The notes beneath the pieces were generated by a model. The model worked only from the letters and a program-made list of their open reading frames with translations, had not been told where the DNA came from and made no database searches. From positions 1 through 64,000 of the IMG/VR virus record IMGVR_UViG_3300031787_007614: a stretch of 64,000 nt of DNA; one strand, given 5' to 3'. The position numbers and the translations under genes are program-made. Of this stretch, positions 15,261 through 25,359 are shown piece by piece. The first letter of the stretch is position 1. The number at the start of each line of letters is the position of its first letter.

Positions 15261-15476
15261 CTAGGTGTTTTTGAAGCTTCCGCCTGCGAGTTCTACCGTA
15301 ATCACTTCATTGGAATTTGTAGCAGTGTTTGACCGTAGTTCTTCCAAAGTTACCAATAGCTTGGTAATGTCTGCATGCAGATCCTTAGCGTCACGAAGTG
15401 TCATGATAAAATCACGTTGGTTGCGTGACTCATGCGCCTTGATAGAATCAACAAATCGGTGTATGTGTAAACTCAT
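15261..15476 (-). CDS. Hypothetical protein
   Basis: ATGA-coupled. Confidence 0.65.
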   Translation of the reverse strand: MSLHIHRFVDSIKAHESRNQRDFIMTLRDAKDLHADITKLLVTLEELRSNTATNSNEVITVELAGGSFKNT

Positions 15477-15841
15477 TTTTTAAGATATGGGTTGAGATCA
15501 GGTGGCGTCCAGCCTACAGGTTTGAGTACCTTACCATCTTCGCGCTTGCGAACCTTGCCGGTGTCTCGATCAATCTTGGCAAAGTTAGTTTTCATGACTT
15601 CTTTCCAAGCACCTTCGGCATCTGCGCCCATACTGTGTAATGCACCAATAGTAACAACCAAAATGTCAATAAGTGCATCAACAGTTTCGACTTGGTCGTG
15701 TGCTGTGATTGCATCAGCCAATTCGTTGGCTTCTTCTTCAATCAATGTAACATACAAGTTAAATTGATCTTTGTTAAACTCGTTGACACTTTGGTCGCAA
15801 GCCTTCATAAATTTTTCTTGATCTCTAAACGGATTGGTCAT
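15473..15841 (-). CDS. MazG-like NTP pyrophosphohydrolase
   Basis: LIEEEANEL, DALIDI, N.AK, DGKVLKP. Confidence 0.88.
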   Translation of the reverse strand: MTNPFRDQEKFMKACDQSVNEFNKDQFNLYVTLIEEEANELADAITAHDQVETVDALIDILVVTIGALHSMGADAEGAWKEVMKTNFAKIDRDTGKVRKREDGKVLKPVGWTPPDLNPYLKK

Positions 15842-16464
15842 AAGTTCTCCCGAAGTTCCCAAAGTGCTACCCAGCCATTAGATTTTGGAAAATAACTGGT
15901 TTGTAATTTATGTGATATTTTTAAATCATATCCCATATTTGACAGTGATTGATTAATAATAAAGAAGGGAGTTTTAAAATTGACCCCACAATGCTTCCAA
16001 GATTTTCGAAGTTGTCTCGACCCGCTGATATTAATATCTTCTGGTAGATAAGCTAACGGATGCTCGGCAGTTACACAATCAAGCATTATGTATTTTGGTG
16101 TATTATAATTTACAAATAGTTCCAACAGATGCAATGAACTATGATGATGATACAACACACCAAAACAAATTACAACATCAAATGGTTTAGCATCTCTCAT
16201 AAGCCAAACATCATCAACCACAACTTTGTCTACTCCAGGAATATCTTCTAATGTAGATTGGTGAACTATATTCCCTTCAATGCATTCTAAGTAACATGGT
16301 GCATGTTTTGCAATTAATTTAGTGTGTTTTCCAACATGCGGCCCTACTTCAAGTACTCGAGCATTAGCACATACCTTCAAATAGTTTTCATCTATAAAAT
16401 TATAATATTCAGTCTCATTACCAGTAACAGTTTTTACATCTTCTTTAAAGTCATAAGGATGCAT
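15838..16464 (-). CDS. Class I SAM-dependent methyltransferase
   Basis: VLEVGP..G, FDVVICFGVLYH; AT-rich. Confidence 0.85.
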   Translation of the reverse strand: MHPYDFKEDVKTVTGNETEYYNFIDENYLKVCANARVLEVGPHVGKHTKLIAKHAPCYLECIEGNIVHQSTLEDIPGVDKVVVDDVWLMRDAKPFDVVICFGVLYHHHSSLHLLELFVNYNTPKYIMLDCVTAEHPLAYLPEDINISGSRQLRKSWKHCGVNFKTPFFIINQSLSNMGYDLKISHKLQTSYFPKSNGWVALWELRENL

Positions 16465-16894
16465 TTGCTTGCTCCTCGGTGTAAAATGGTCCTTGATAGG
16501 TATAACGTTCTAGCACAATTAGTTTGGGATTCTGTAGCACTTTCCAACTGCGATGTTGTTTGATCGAATACCATCCGGCAGCAAACCATGATTTGCTTTT
16601 GGTTGTTTTGGTAAACAACGGCAATTTTAACTGCACATTCCACATGCCATTGTGTGTTCGGCAACCTGTAGGATAACCATGCACACAATCTTTTGGAATA
16701 GGCGTGACATGTTCTGGTTCAGCAAATTCAATGTTGGCCTGTCGGCGCAACATTCGAATGGTTTTAAATTTAGCAACCTTGTTGCGGATGGTAAGAGCAA
16801 ACCCACCATCTACAGCTTGAACGTTGCCAATTTTTTCATCGTCTTGTTTGAGTATCCAGTATTGATTGTCAATTACCGGTTTTGCTACTATCAT
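16451..16894 (-). CDS. Hypothetical protein
   Basis: LPLFTK...S.S..AAGWY; coupled to exonuclease. Confidence 0.7.
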   Translation of the reverse strand: MIVAKPVIDNQYWILKQDDEKIGNVQAVDGGFALTIRNKVAKFKTIRMLRRQANIEFAEPEHVTPIPKDCVHGYPTGCRTHNGMWNVQLKLPLFTKTTKSKSWFAAGWYSIKQHRSWKVLQNPKLIVLERYTYQGPFYTEEQANASL

Positions 16895-17925
16895 TTTAAC
16901 ACTCCTTGATATGTTTGATTCAGCCAGCGACCAATTGGTTCGGCTTGGTCACTCAGCTTGGTAAGCTCATACTTGCCACAGAACTTGAGAAAGTGTGCGC
17001 CCACCATCCCTATGTCTTTGTTACTGACTTGTTCACCAATCACAGCATCCACAGTATCTTTTACTTCTTGTGGTTGTGCAGTAAGGTCAATTAGTGTGAC
17101 ATTGCGTTCGTAGTCTTCGAGCACCTTGTGTTCTTTTTCTTCGTGGTCGGTCCAACGTTGCAACATGAGATTGTTCCAATTGTAGCCTTTTTTGTTGCGA
17201 TCTTCAAATGCTTCTGTAATGCCTACACGATTCTTTGTGCCTTTTACTGGTGCACCAGGGTATGCTGAGAACACATTGTCGCCGGGATCACCGCGCACAC
17301 ATTTCAAGAACAGCACCCATTTCTGATAGTCAGTTGGGGCCACAAAGCTCCGGTCGGCTTTGCCTACTTTGATCTTTGAATTGCTTTCGATTGTGAAACT
17401 CAATTTGTTGCCTTTGGCATCAGTTACGCCATCAATACTGAACAGGTGGTCGTTTATGCCATTGTACAATTGCACATTTGGTGCAACCAACTGAACGAAG
17501 TCTGAATCACTGCTGACAATAATATGTTCATCTTGGGGGTGTAGTGCAATCCAGCGGCCTATGATATCGTCCGCTTCTGCTGTTGCGCAACGAATCACGC
17601 TACAATTTGTTTTCTCAGACAAGTATTTAGTCAGCTCATCATAGGTTTCCCAAAACAACTTGTCCTCTTCTGCTTCAGTTTCACTCATGGCACCACGGGC
17701 CACAGCACGATTAGCTTTGTAGGGCTTGTAGTGATCTTTACGCCAGCTACGCCCTTCTAGTGCAAAAACCACATGGTCTACACCAAAACGCCTAGCTACT
17801 TTATTTGCACTCATCATGGTCAAGTGCAGTGCAAAGCCTAATTTAGTCCATGTGTCGCTGGCCCTGTGTGCTGAATGGCGGGCACGGAAAAACATGTTAG
17901 CAGTATCAATCAGTAGATATTTCAT
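16891..17925 (-). CDS. rnh: 5'-3' exonuclease / RNase H (T4 Rnh/FEN-like)
   Basis: LLID, WRK...YKANR, EADD, SSDSDF.QL, GD..DN. Confidence 0.92.
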   Translation of the reverse strand: MKYLLIDTANMFFRARHSAHRASDTWTKLGFALHLTMMSANKVARRFGVDHVVFALEGRSWRKDHYKPYKANRAVARGAMSETEAEEDKLFWETYDELTKYLSEKTNCSVIRCATAEADDIIGRWIALHPQDEHIIVSSDSDFVQLVAPNVQLYNGINDHLFSIDGVTDAKGNKLSFTIESNSKIKVGKADRSFVAPTDYQKWVLFLKCVRGDPGDNVFSAYPGAPVKGTKNRVGITEAFEDRNKKGYNWNNLMLQRWTDHEEKEHKVLEDYERNVTLIDLTAQPQEVKDTVDAVIGEQVSNKDIGMVGAHFLKFCGKYELTKLSDQAEPIGRWLNQTYQGVLK

Positions 17926-18634
17926 TAGGGCGGTCCAGAAGTTTGTGTTCCTTCAAGTATTGTAACACATATTCCGACCAAAATCTATGACCATCGGCTC
18001 CAAAGTGATAACTTTTGGGATTCACATGCTCAAATCCGTTGTTTTTTAGTATGGCATTCCAACTGTGGTCTCTTGAATATGGCTCAATGTAATGCCCTTG
18101 CCAATCTCTTAGATTAAATAAATCACTAAATGTACTGTTGCCACTGTAGAATAAATGTCGTACATTTAGATCTTTCAACCGACAATGCAGGTGCCATATT
18201 TTGTTATGCCATTCATCTGTTTTTTGAGTCCAGTTGACATCCAAAATGTACTGACGATACCTATCTTCAAGCTCTGGTGGTACCATGTCCACACCACTGG
18301 CGTTTACTTGATAGCATCGGCCTTCATACTCCCATTCTTCTCGTTCCCAAGTGGTCCATTGGATTACCATCACAGTGTCATACAAACGGCTATAGTTCTC
18401 ATGAATCCACTTGTTAGTGGTACGCAGTATGCGGTCATTGCTGGCTGCTGACTCAGCATCACAGTAAAATTCAGTGTTGAGCATTCGGCTCAATTGCTTG
18501 CCCCAGCTGGCTTCCAAGTTGATTGGATGAGGTCTACGGTCAATGCCATATCTACCATCATCCACAGCAAAGCAATCAGGCACCACTGCTTCGGCAGCCG
18601 CTGTATGGCTGCATCCATTTACATACAAGATCAT
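17906..18634 (-). CDS. SGNH/GDSL-like protein, paralog 1
   Basis: NGCSHT, SN.RI, HF...GH. Confidence 0.65.
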   Translation of the reverse strand: MILYVNGCSHTAAAEAVVPDCFAVDDGRYGIDRRPHPINLEASWGKQLSRMLNTEFYCDAESAASNDRILRTTNKWIHENYSRLYDTVMVIQWTTWEREEWEYEGRCYQVNASGVDMVPPELEDRYRQYILDVNWTQKTDEWHNKIWHLHCRLKDLNVRHLFYSGNSTFSDLFNLRDWQGHYIEPYSRDHSWNAILKNNGFEHVNPKSYHFGADGHRFWSEYVLQYLKEHKLLDRPNEISTD

Positions 18635-19107
18635 TTTTGTAGCAGTACTTTTTCGGTCTCTGCGGCAACCACACGCTTGCGCAGGCTACTGGATGAGAAT
18701 GAGTGATCTCGGCCGTTGAATACTAGTTCAATCCCGCGGTCATAGCATTCGTCGCGACCGGTAAAGTCTTTGTGTTCGTATTCTACTCCCAGTACTCGAA
18801 CATCTAATGGCAGAATTAGTAGAAGGTCACGTAGATCTTGTTCGGTTTGGTACACAACAACTTCATCAACGTAACGGCATGCAGCCAGCTGTATCTGTCT
18901 CTCCACAATACTTTGTATCGGACGATTCTTAGTCTCAGGCCTATCGATAGTTGGGTCCGTTTGGAGCCCACAGATGAGGTAGTCACAGTGATTTTTTGCT
19001 TCAGAAAGCATGGCAATGTGGCCTGCGTGGAGCATGTCAAAGGTTGAGAAAGTGATGCCAATTTTTTTGCCTTCTGCTTTGAGTTGTTTGATGTGATTGA
19101 ATATCAT
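18631..19107 (-). CDS. Cytidylyltransferase (TagD-like)
   Basis: FDMLHAGH, ER..QL, VDEV, SSS.LR. Confidence 0.88.
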   Translation of the reverse strand: MIFNHIKQLKAEGKKIGITFSTFDMLHAGHIAMLSEAKNHCDYLICGLQTDPTIDRPETKNRPIQSIVERQIQLAACRYVDEVVVYQTEQDLRDLLLILPLDVRVLGVEYEHKDFTGRDECYDRGIELVFNGRDHSFSSSSLRKRVVAAETEKVLLQK

Positions 19108-19505
19108 GATACCTCGCTCCTGCCATCGCCAAGATCTCGCTTTTGAACATACATGCCGGAGTTCTTGATGGCTTGTTCTTGTTCCCATGTTTCCATCACA
19201 ACATGGCGGCATACATTTTGAAACCAACGGTCAACAATGTCCCCATCAGTGTCTGTAGGTTTCATCATATAGCCAGCCTTTACCAGTCGAGCCACAAAGA
19301 TTTCATTCCAATCCAACTCAAATGCACCTTGATGCAGATTGTCAGGATCCACATCCATACTGAGCACAGCCACGTAAGGTTCTCCCTTTTCAGTAGCAAG
19401 TTGTTTTTCAGTTTTAGCTGGTGGTTCGGCAACTCTAGGCTTAGTGACTTTTTCTACCACAGGTGGTGGTTTCTTTTGAGATTTTTTAAACCAATCAAAC
19501 ATCAA
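19104..19505 (-). CDS. Hypothetical protein
   Basis: FELDWN..FV..L...GY motif. Confidence 0.72.
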   Translation of the reverse strand: MMFDWFKKSQKKPPPVVEKVTKPRVAEPPAKTEKQLATEKGEPYVAVLSMDVDPDNLHQGAFELDWNEIFVARLVKAGYMMKPTDTDGDIVDRWFQNVCRHVVMETWEQEQAIKNSGMYVQKRDLGDGRSEVS

Positions 19506-19677
19506 TCCTACCCCATTTAATTTTTAACCAAATACGTTCCATACTGTATTGCAAGAATGCTAACACAATATGGATTGCAACTGCATCACCCAGTCCGGTC
19601 CACAATGCAGTAATCAGCAATGCAGCAATTCGATAAGTTAGAGTTCGGATCCATGTTCTTGTATGAGTTTCTGACAT
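19495..19677 (-). CDS. Small membrane protein (DUF2061-like)
   Basis: ET..RT...T..YR and ERIW..I.WG. Confidence 0.7.
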   Translation of the reverse strand: MSETHTRTWIRTLTYRIAALLITALWTGLGDAVAIHIVLAFLQYSMERIWLKIKWGRIDV

Positions 19678-19678
19678 G

Positions 19679-20524
19679 TTATTTGCCCCATCCATTACCC
19701 CAGAGGTCCACATGCAATCGTGGGCTGTACCAATAACCTCGTTTGAGTGCTTCGTCGGCAACGTGAATTCTATTGCCATCATACACACTCACAACACCGC
19801 CAACAGGCATCACAAAAACTGGTCCGCTAAATCCACGGGTTCGATAGTCGTCAACTACTAGATCAAGCTCTTTGAAATCATCAATGTGACCAACAACAAA
19901 CTTCAAATAGGTAACACCGTGAGTTTCGTAATCCCAAATAATGTCAGGTTTGATAGCATCTTCATACTTTTCACCACTGACACTAAGTTTAGGACTTACT
20001 GAGAATGTGATCTCGCCAAACCATTCAGACAGATACTGTTTGAATTCTCTTGTGAGTTCTTGAGTACCATTGGTTTCAAATGTAATGTGTCGCAGTCCAC
20101 GTTCGTGCAACAGATTCAACAGTTCAGGATATGCACGTTGCCAACCTAGCAATGGCTCGCCACCTGTGATCACAAGATGCACTGAATTGCCGTTTGGTTG
20201 TTGCCAGTGGCCATTGGGCAACAGCGCAGCCATTTTGTCAACTAACTCTTGTGCTGTGTATGTGGGACTTAGATGTTTAAAGTCAGGATGCCAACTTGCA
20301 TACGAATCGCATCCTGTATTAACCAACGGGAGCTCTTCAAAAGTCTTGTAGAGATGAACGCTCTTTGCGACGTCATCTGCCTCAGTGCTCTTATCACCGG
20401 GTTGGCATCCAAATCCCGAACACGTAAAGTTGCAACCGAAGGTTCGTAAGAAGATAGAAGGAACTCCAATATAGCGTCCTTCGCCCTGAGCAGAATAAAA
20501 TAGTTCACTTACTTTTAATTTCAT
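19679..20524 (-). CDS. queE: 7-carboxy-7-deazaguanine synthase
   Basis: E.FYS.QGEG, FLR..GCN..C, CDS, ITGGEP, ETNG, SPK, RLH. Confidence 0.95.
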   Translation of the reverse strand: MKLKVSELFYSAQGEGRYIGVPSIFLRTFGCNFTCSGFGCQPGDKSTEADDVAKSVHLYKTFEELPLVNTGCDSYASWHPDFKHLSPTYTAQELVDKMAALLPNGHWQQPNGNSVHLVITGGEPLLGWQRAYPELLNLLHERGLRHITFETNGTQELTREFKQYLSEWFGEITFSVSPKLSVSGEKYEDAIKPDIIWDYETHGVTYLKFVVGHIDDFKELDLVVDDYRTRGFSGPVFVMPVGGVVSVYDGNRIHVADEALKRGYWYSPRLHVDLWGNGWGK

Positions 20525-20527
20525 TGT

Positions 20528-21238
20528 TTATAACCTTGTTACCTTTGACATTCCCGACTTGCGGGGATTCTTATTTAGATTGATACTTTCATCATGCATT
20601 TTAACACGAGTAGATTGTTTTGTCACCCAACCCGGTAATACTGCATCTAAATAGGCCAAATGTTCTTCGGGGCTGGGATGTGGGTCACCGTTTCTATTAG
20701 GATATCCAGTGTTTTTAAATACAGTTTTGTCATACCCTGGTTTGATACTTAAAACCACATTTTCGTACAATCGCATGACATCTCTGTGTTTGCTAACATT
20801 GTCGGACGGAAATGGCATGGCCATTAATTCTACCATACTCAAAAATTCCCATTTTAGATTGTGTCGAGATTCCAGTAGAGTTTTAACTGCTTTGATGCAT
20901 GCCAGATCTCTAATTAGGAATCCTCTTTCATCCATGTGTGTTTTAAGGTATTCTTTGTTAAACACATTGGTTGCGAAGTGTGCATTTCCGGGTGTGTGCC
21001 ATCGACCGTCAACATATCGATCCTCTCGATCTAAACTGGTCCAGCATACAACAACAGTATCTCCGTCACCAAAACAATGCCTTTGATCAGCCTCCATGAC
21101 TGAATTGAAAATATATTGATTTCCTCCTCCTGCCTGGCCCCAATTTTCAAAGTGATCAAATTCTGGAGCAAGACAATCTGCCCAGGTGCTCCAGCGATAG
21201 TTTGTAAAACTACAACCAAACGTAAACAGTCGGCGCAT
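20528..21238 (-). CDS. SGNH/GDSL-like protein, paralog 2
   Basis: FGCSFT, G.GN, D.HP...H. Confidence 0.65.
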   Translation of the reverse strand: MRRLFTFGCSFTNYRWSTWADCLAPEFDHFENWGQAGGGNQYIFNSVMEADQRHCFGDGDTVVVCWTSLDREDRYVDGRWHTPGNAHFATNVFNKEYLKTHMDERGFLIRDLACIKAVKTLLESRHNLKWEFLSMVELMAMPFPSDNVSKHRDVMRLYENVVLSIKPGYDKTVFKNTGYPNRNGDPHPSPEEHLAYLDAVLPGWVTKQSTRVKMHDESINLNKNPRKSGMSKVTRL

Positions 21239-21240
21239 TG

Positions 21241-23223
21241 TTAGGCTGCTAGTTTTGCCCTGGCGCCAGCATCTCCGCGTTTGGCAACGTCTACCTGCGT
21301 GTCAGCGTTCAAGCATTCAACTGTGGCTTTTCCAAAATTTCTACGTCTAGCAAAATAAAATAGTTCTAAGAAACGTGGAAAGCTCATAGTTTTATCTTCT
21401 GGAAACTCCAGTTGATATTCTCTTGGCGCATGTACAAGTTTGTGATCAAAGCTGAGATATTCCCAGATGTTGTAGTCTAATTCTAAAACCTCAGGATAAG
21501 TGTTCATAGCATCGTAAGCCACATGGTATCTGCGTTGGAATCGCATGATGTTCTCCAACAACACAGGCGGTAAATCATAACGACTCATGAACTTTTCTAA
21601 CATGTCAAAGATATTGTGATTTTGTTTTTCCACATGCATGTTCAACACAGTTCTGTGTATGAGGTTCCATCCGTGAATTTCAATGCCAATCTTGGGATGA
21701 TTGATTCGGCCATTGGTCATCCAACTGCGATAGTACTCGCGAACTTCTTCTTGTTCGCGGTGGATCCATTCATGACCTTGCACGTATTCAAACAGGTCTG
21801 CATAAAACTCGCTGTAGGGCACACCCTGATACTTGAACACCAATCGACTCAACAGTGTGCTGATGCCATTGATGTGGAAGGTATTGATAAACCATGAAAA
21901 AATATGTGCTTCCATCATGACATCAAACGGCATGTCTTTGGTGCCAGTGATAATGTCAATGGCTTCTTCAATGTGTTCGTTGGAGTATGATCCAGAAAAA
22001 TAGTCTGTTACACTTTGATTGGTAATCTTAAACAACTTCTTCTGCAACAGGTTCATTTCGGCATTTTCCAACAACTGAGCCTGGAACACCGTGAGACCAG
22101 TATGATTGCCCATTTCAAACAAAGTCCAAAAGTTTTTCTTCCAAGACTCAAGACTTTCACCAGGTAGGCCCAAGATAAGTTCAGTGTAGGTTGGAATGTT
22201 ACGTTGCTCACACAGCTCAAATACTTCGTTGAGCTTGTTCATTTCCATGTTTTTGCGACGAATGTTTTCCAATACATCCAAGTCAAGACTTTGCACACTC
22301 AGCGTTAGACCTTGATTGAAGCCTCGGGCATCCAGCAATTTTTTAACAATGTCCACAACTTCTTTCTTTTGATTCTTGGCCCAGGCCACAGAGAAAGTTC
22401 TCGGAGAACCATACTTTTCTTGACATTCAATAATCTTGTCTGCAATCAAACTGTCACGTTCGGCAAACATGCCAAAGTTAGCGTCAGTAATTGATATGAA
22501 ATCAAAGTTGTGCTTAGCCATCCATTCCAACTCATGGTACACACGTTCTAAACCAAACTTCTTGACCTTGTTGTATGTCAAGCTACCCCAGTCACAAAAC
22601 GTACAAGCAAATGGGCAACCACGAGAAGTTTCTAGTGTGCCTTGCCACATGATGTCAGGATTTGCAGCCATTAGGTCATCAAATACACCTGCCAGATACG
22701 GGCTAGGAATATCTTCAAGAGTTTCAATGCGCTTGGCATCACCTGTGCTTATAGCTTCGCCGTCTCGATTGATCAGCAAGCCAGGTATTGACTCCCAGTC
22801 TTTGCTGTCATATGCCAGCATGAGATTTCTAAATGTGATTTCACCTTCGTAGCAAATCACAATGTCCATGAATGGTTCTTTGCGAAACAGATCTTTGTCT
22901 GTGATTGCAGGTTCGGGACCGCCAAATATGGTCAACACGCCAGGATTGATCTCCTTGAGCCTGCGAGCCAATGCATAGTTGAAATTGTGATTCCACACAT
23001 AAGTGCTAAAAGTCACAACATCATTTTCAGCCAGTCGTTGTGCAATTGGCTCTATGTTGTCCCGGCGCCACACCCATTCAGTCACTTGCCATGCATCACG
23101 TATGCTGGGTTCCGCAACTGCATAACTCCAAATCACACCTGCTGAGTATGGCAGGTAGTAGGCATTGAGTTCTTTAGGACCTTGTTGGAAGTTTGGTTGT
23201 ACCCAGGCAATTTTTCTTTTCAT
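21241..23223 (-). CDS. B12-binding radical SAM enzyme
   Basis: STYVWN/GGP cobalamin domain, ETSRGCPFACTFC, DANFG, ILGLPGE. Confidence 0.92.
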   Translation of the reverse strand: MKRKIAWVQPNFQQGPKELNAYYLPYSAGVIWSYAVAEPSIRDAWQVTEWVWRRDNIEPIAQRLAENDVVTFSTYVWNHNFNYALARRLKEINPGVLTIFGGPEPAITDKDLFRKEPFMDIVICYEGEITFRNLMLAYDSKDWESIPGLLINRDGEAISTGDAKRIETLEDIPSPYLAGVFDDLMAANPDIMWQGTLETSRGCPFACTFCDWGSLTYNKVKKFGLERVYHELEWMAKHNFDFISITDANFGMFAERDSLIADKIIECQEKYGSPRTFSVAWAKNQKKEVVDIVKKLLDARGFNQGLTLSVQSLDLDVLENIRRKNMEMNKLNEVFELCEQRNIPTYTELILGLPGESLESWKKNFWTLFEMGNHTGLTVFQAQLLENAEMNLLQKKLFKITNQSVTDYFSGSYSNEHIEEAIDIITGTKDMPFDVMMEAHIFSWFINTFHINGISTLLSRLVFKYQGVPYSEFYADLFEYVQGHEWIHREQEEVREYYRSWMTNGRINHPKIGIEIHGWNLIHRTVLNMHVEKQNHNIFDMLEKFMSRYDLPPVLLENIMRFQRRYHVAYDAMNTYPEVLELDYNIWEYLSFDHKLVHAPREYQLEFPEDKTMSFPRFLELFYFARRRNFGKATVECLNADTQVDVAKRGDAGARAKLAA

Positions 23224-24089
23224 GCATTATTTACTTGTTTTTGATCAGTATCTTTTTTTGCAAAATGTGTATGCGGGTTGGCAAATTGAACCATTTGACT
23301 GTTTACATCATTCTGTGCTAGTTTTTCCCAGGGATCTTGACTGCCGTTGAACACGTTGGTAAAGAATGAAAGATCCATACCTAATTCACTGCGCATGTAT
23401 GTGGCCAATTTTGCACAGTCTCGGTGTCGCAGGTCCATTTGCTGAACGCTGTGAAAGTCCAACGGATCATCGGGGCGACCTTCTAGCATGGCACGATTTT
23501 TAAATGTTTCATCGCCGTTGTTGCCAGTCAAGTCGTGGCGATCATGTTCTACCCATACTGGAATTCTTTCCCAAATGTCCAGCATGTATGCCTGTTGACT
23601 CAACCACCCATCTTGTGTGGGATGGGGACTGATGTATCCCAACAGTTCATACCATTTGCGTGGAACTATTGGAAAAATTGAGTAGGGGTGGTCGTTGTGA
23701 GTATGGAATGCCAGCAATCTAAACTTGCCATTGTATTTCAAAATCTCACTGTCCCACCCCTGGGTTTGCATGATGGCATCATCATTCCAAATAACAAACC
23801 AAGGAGCCAGGGCTTTCTCAGCCATCTTGTTGTTGTAGATATGCAATCTGATATATCCCAATGGGTCAAACAACATGGCGGTATAGTGATAACCGTGTGA
23901 GTCTAACCAAGGCTGCAATTCAGTTTGGAAGTACGTTTTGCCTTTGTCATCGTCTTTGTCAAATCCAAACATGATTTGCAAACGATGAGGATTGTCAGCC
24001 AGTTCAAACAAACTGCGAACACTTTTGCCCAACGCTTCTGTACGACCTCGAGTGGCCAACAGTAAAGATATATCAAATTCTTGTGCCAT
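23220..24089 (-). CDS. Glycosyltransferase (GT-A/GT2-like)
   Basis: SLLLATRGR, WNDD. Confidence 0.75.
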   Translation of the reverse strand: MAQEFDISLLLATRGRTEALGKSVRSLFELADNPHRLQIMFGFDKDDDKGKTYFQTELQPWLDSHGYHYTAMLFDPLGYIRLHIYNNKMAEKALAPWFVIWNDDAIMQTQGWDSEILKYNGKFRLLAFHTHNDHPYSIFPIVPRKWYELLGYISPHPTQDGWLSQQAYMLDIWERIPVWVEHDRHDLTGNNGDETFKNRAMLEGRPDDPLDFHSVQQMDLRHRDCAKLATYMRSELGMDLSFFTNVFNGSQDPWEKLAQNDVNSQMVQFANPHTHFAKKDTDQKQVNNA

Positions 24090-24112
24090 AAATTCCTACC
24101 AATTTGATGTAA

Positions 24113-24733
24113 TTATGCTTGATTGTCTGCAGCCAGCTTTTTCTGCAAGTGATTCAACAAGAAACCATACGCAGGCAGAATAACCAACAGACTCACAATG
24201 ATCTTACTGATTGAATTGTTGGTTGCAACAATGTGCCAGTTAGCAGCCATGAACTCATTTGCGCCACCAGCAAAGGCAGTAAAGAAGAACACATAGGTAT
24301 CAAAGAATGTGCTCACAATTGAACTCAATGCAGGAGCAATCCACCAAGTGGCGTACTTTTCACGAATGTATTGGAACACGTACACATCAAGCAAGTTGCT
24401 CACAAAGTATGCAACACCCGAGCCAAGACCAATGCGGAAAGCAACTGAGTCAGGAGCACCGCCCAGTTTGACCACTGCCATTGACACAATGATAGCAGGG
24501 ATGAATGCCAATGCAATCACCGCACGACCAGTTTGTTTGCCTAACATTCGCACAGTCAAGTCGGTCAACACAACCACTAGTGGGAATGTGAATGCGGCTG
24601 CTGCCAATGGTGCACCAAACACTGAGAATTTGAATTGCACAATGTAGTTGCTGATAGCAATGATAATGATATGTGCCAGCATGAGCTTGTAGGCCAATGC
24701 ACGGTCAACGCCACTTAAGATTCGATCTAACAT
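24113..24733 (-). CDS. yhhQ: preQ0/preQ1 transporter (VUT family)
   Basis: SN..VQ, FTFP....TDLTVR, RI..GS..AY, DT..FF. Confidence 0.9.
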   Translation of the reverse strand: MLDRILSGVDRALAYKLMLAHIIIIAISNYIVQFKFSVFGAPLAAAAFTFPLVVVLTDLTVRMLGKQTGRAVIALAFIPAIIVSMAVVKLGGAPDSVAFRIGLGSGVAYFVSNLLDVYVFQYIREKYATWWIAPALSSIVSTFFDTYVFFFTAFAGGANEFMAANWHIVATNNSISKIIVSLLVILPAYGFLLNHLQKKLAADNQA

Positions 24734-24750
24734 GATTTTTCCTTGTTATA

Positions 24751-25257
24751 TTAAACGAATAGATCTTCCATCCACTCGCGATGGCCTTCTCTAAAAGCCA
24801 TATTGCTCTGTGTTTCGCGCACTTCCACACGATAGCACCAGAGACGCTCTGCTTCACCCGGTCCCCACAGGTCCGGAATGTAAACACCGTTCACATACTT
24901 GTACAGCATGTCTGCCAAGCCTTCACACCCTAAGCGTGGCAGGATTGTGAGTTTGGCCATTTTTTTCTCTTGCAAGAGCTTGTATGTCGCCAGCTCTGGA
25001 TCATCTGCAGACACCAGCAAGGTATGATCAAATTGATCTTCTAATGTCTTTTTAAGTTCTTTGAGACCGCCATAGTCAGCGGCCCAGTTACGCACATCCA
25101 GGTTGTCTGTGCCAAAGTAGAACTTCATTGAGAATGAGTAACCGTGAATTAGATTGCAGTGGCTGTCGGCACGCCATTGACGGTATGCGCAGGGAAAAGC
25201 ATCATGATACTCTTTGGTGCTGGTGTACTTGTATTGTACTGGTTGATTTGTTGCCAT
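24751..25257 (-). CDS. queD: 6-carboxytetrahydropterin synthase
   Basis: C..IHGY, DYG.LK, FDH, E.LA, V.ET. Confidence 0.88.
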   Translation of the reverse strand: MATNQPVQYKYTSTKEYHDAFPCAYRQWRADSHCNLIHGYSFSMKFYFGTDNLDVRNWAADYGGLKELKKTLEDQFDHTLLVSADDPELATYKLLQEKKMAKLTILPRLGCEGLADMLYKYVNGVYIPDLWGPGEAERLWCYRVEVRETQSNMAFREGHREWMEDLFV

Positions 25258-25283
25258 ATTGTCCTCCTATGTATTATAGCATA

Positions 25284-25326
25284 GGCAGCAGAGTTTGTAT
25301 AGCGGGATGATGCCGGACAGGCCGCT
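25284..25326 (-). promoter_or_regulatory. Candidate preQ1-I-like pseudoknot riboswitch in queD leader
   Basis: AGCGG-CCTGTCCGGCATCATC-CCGCT-ATACAAACT-CTGCTGCC; begins 9 nt after TATAAGTA (25335-25342). Confidence 0.55.
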
Positions 25327-25359
25327 TAGAGAAATACTTATATTAAATATCAACAGAGG

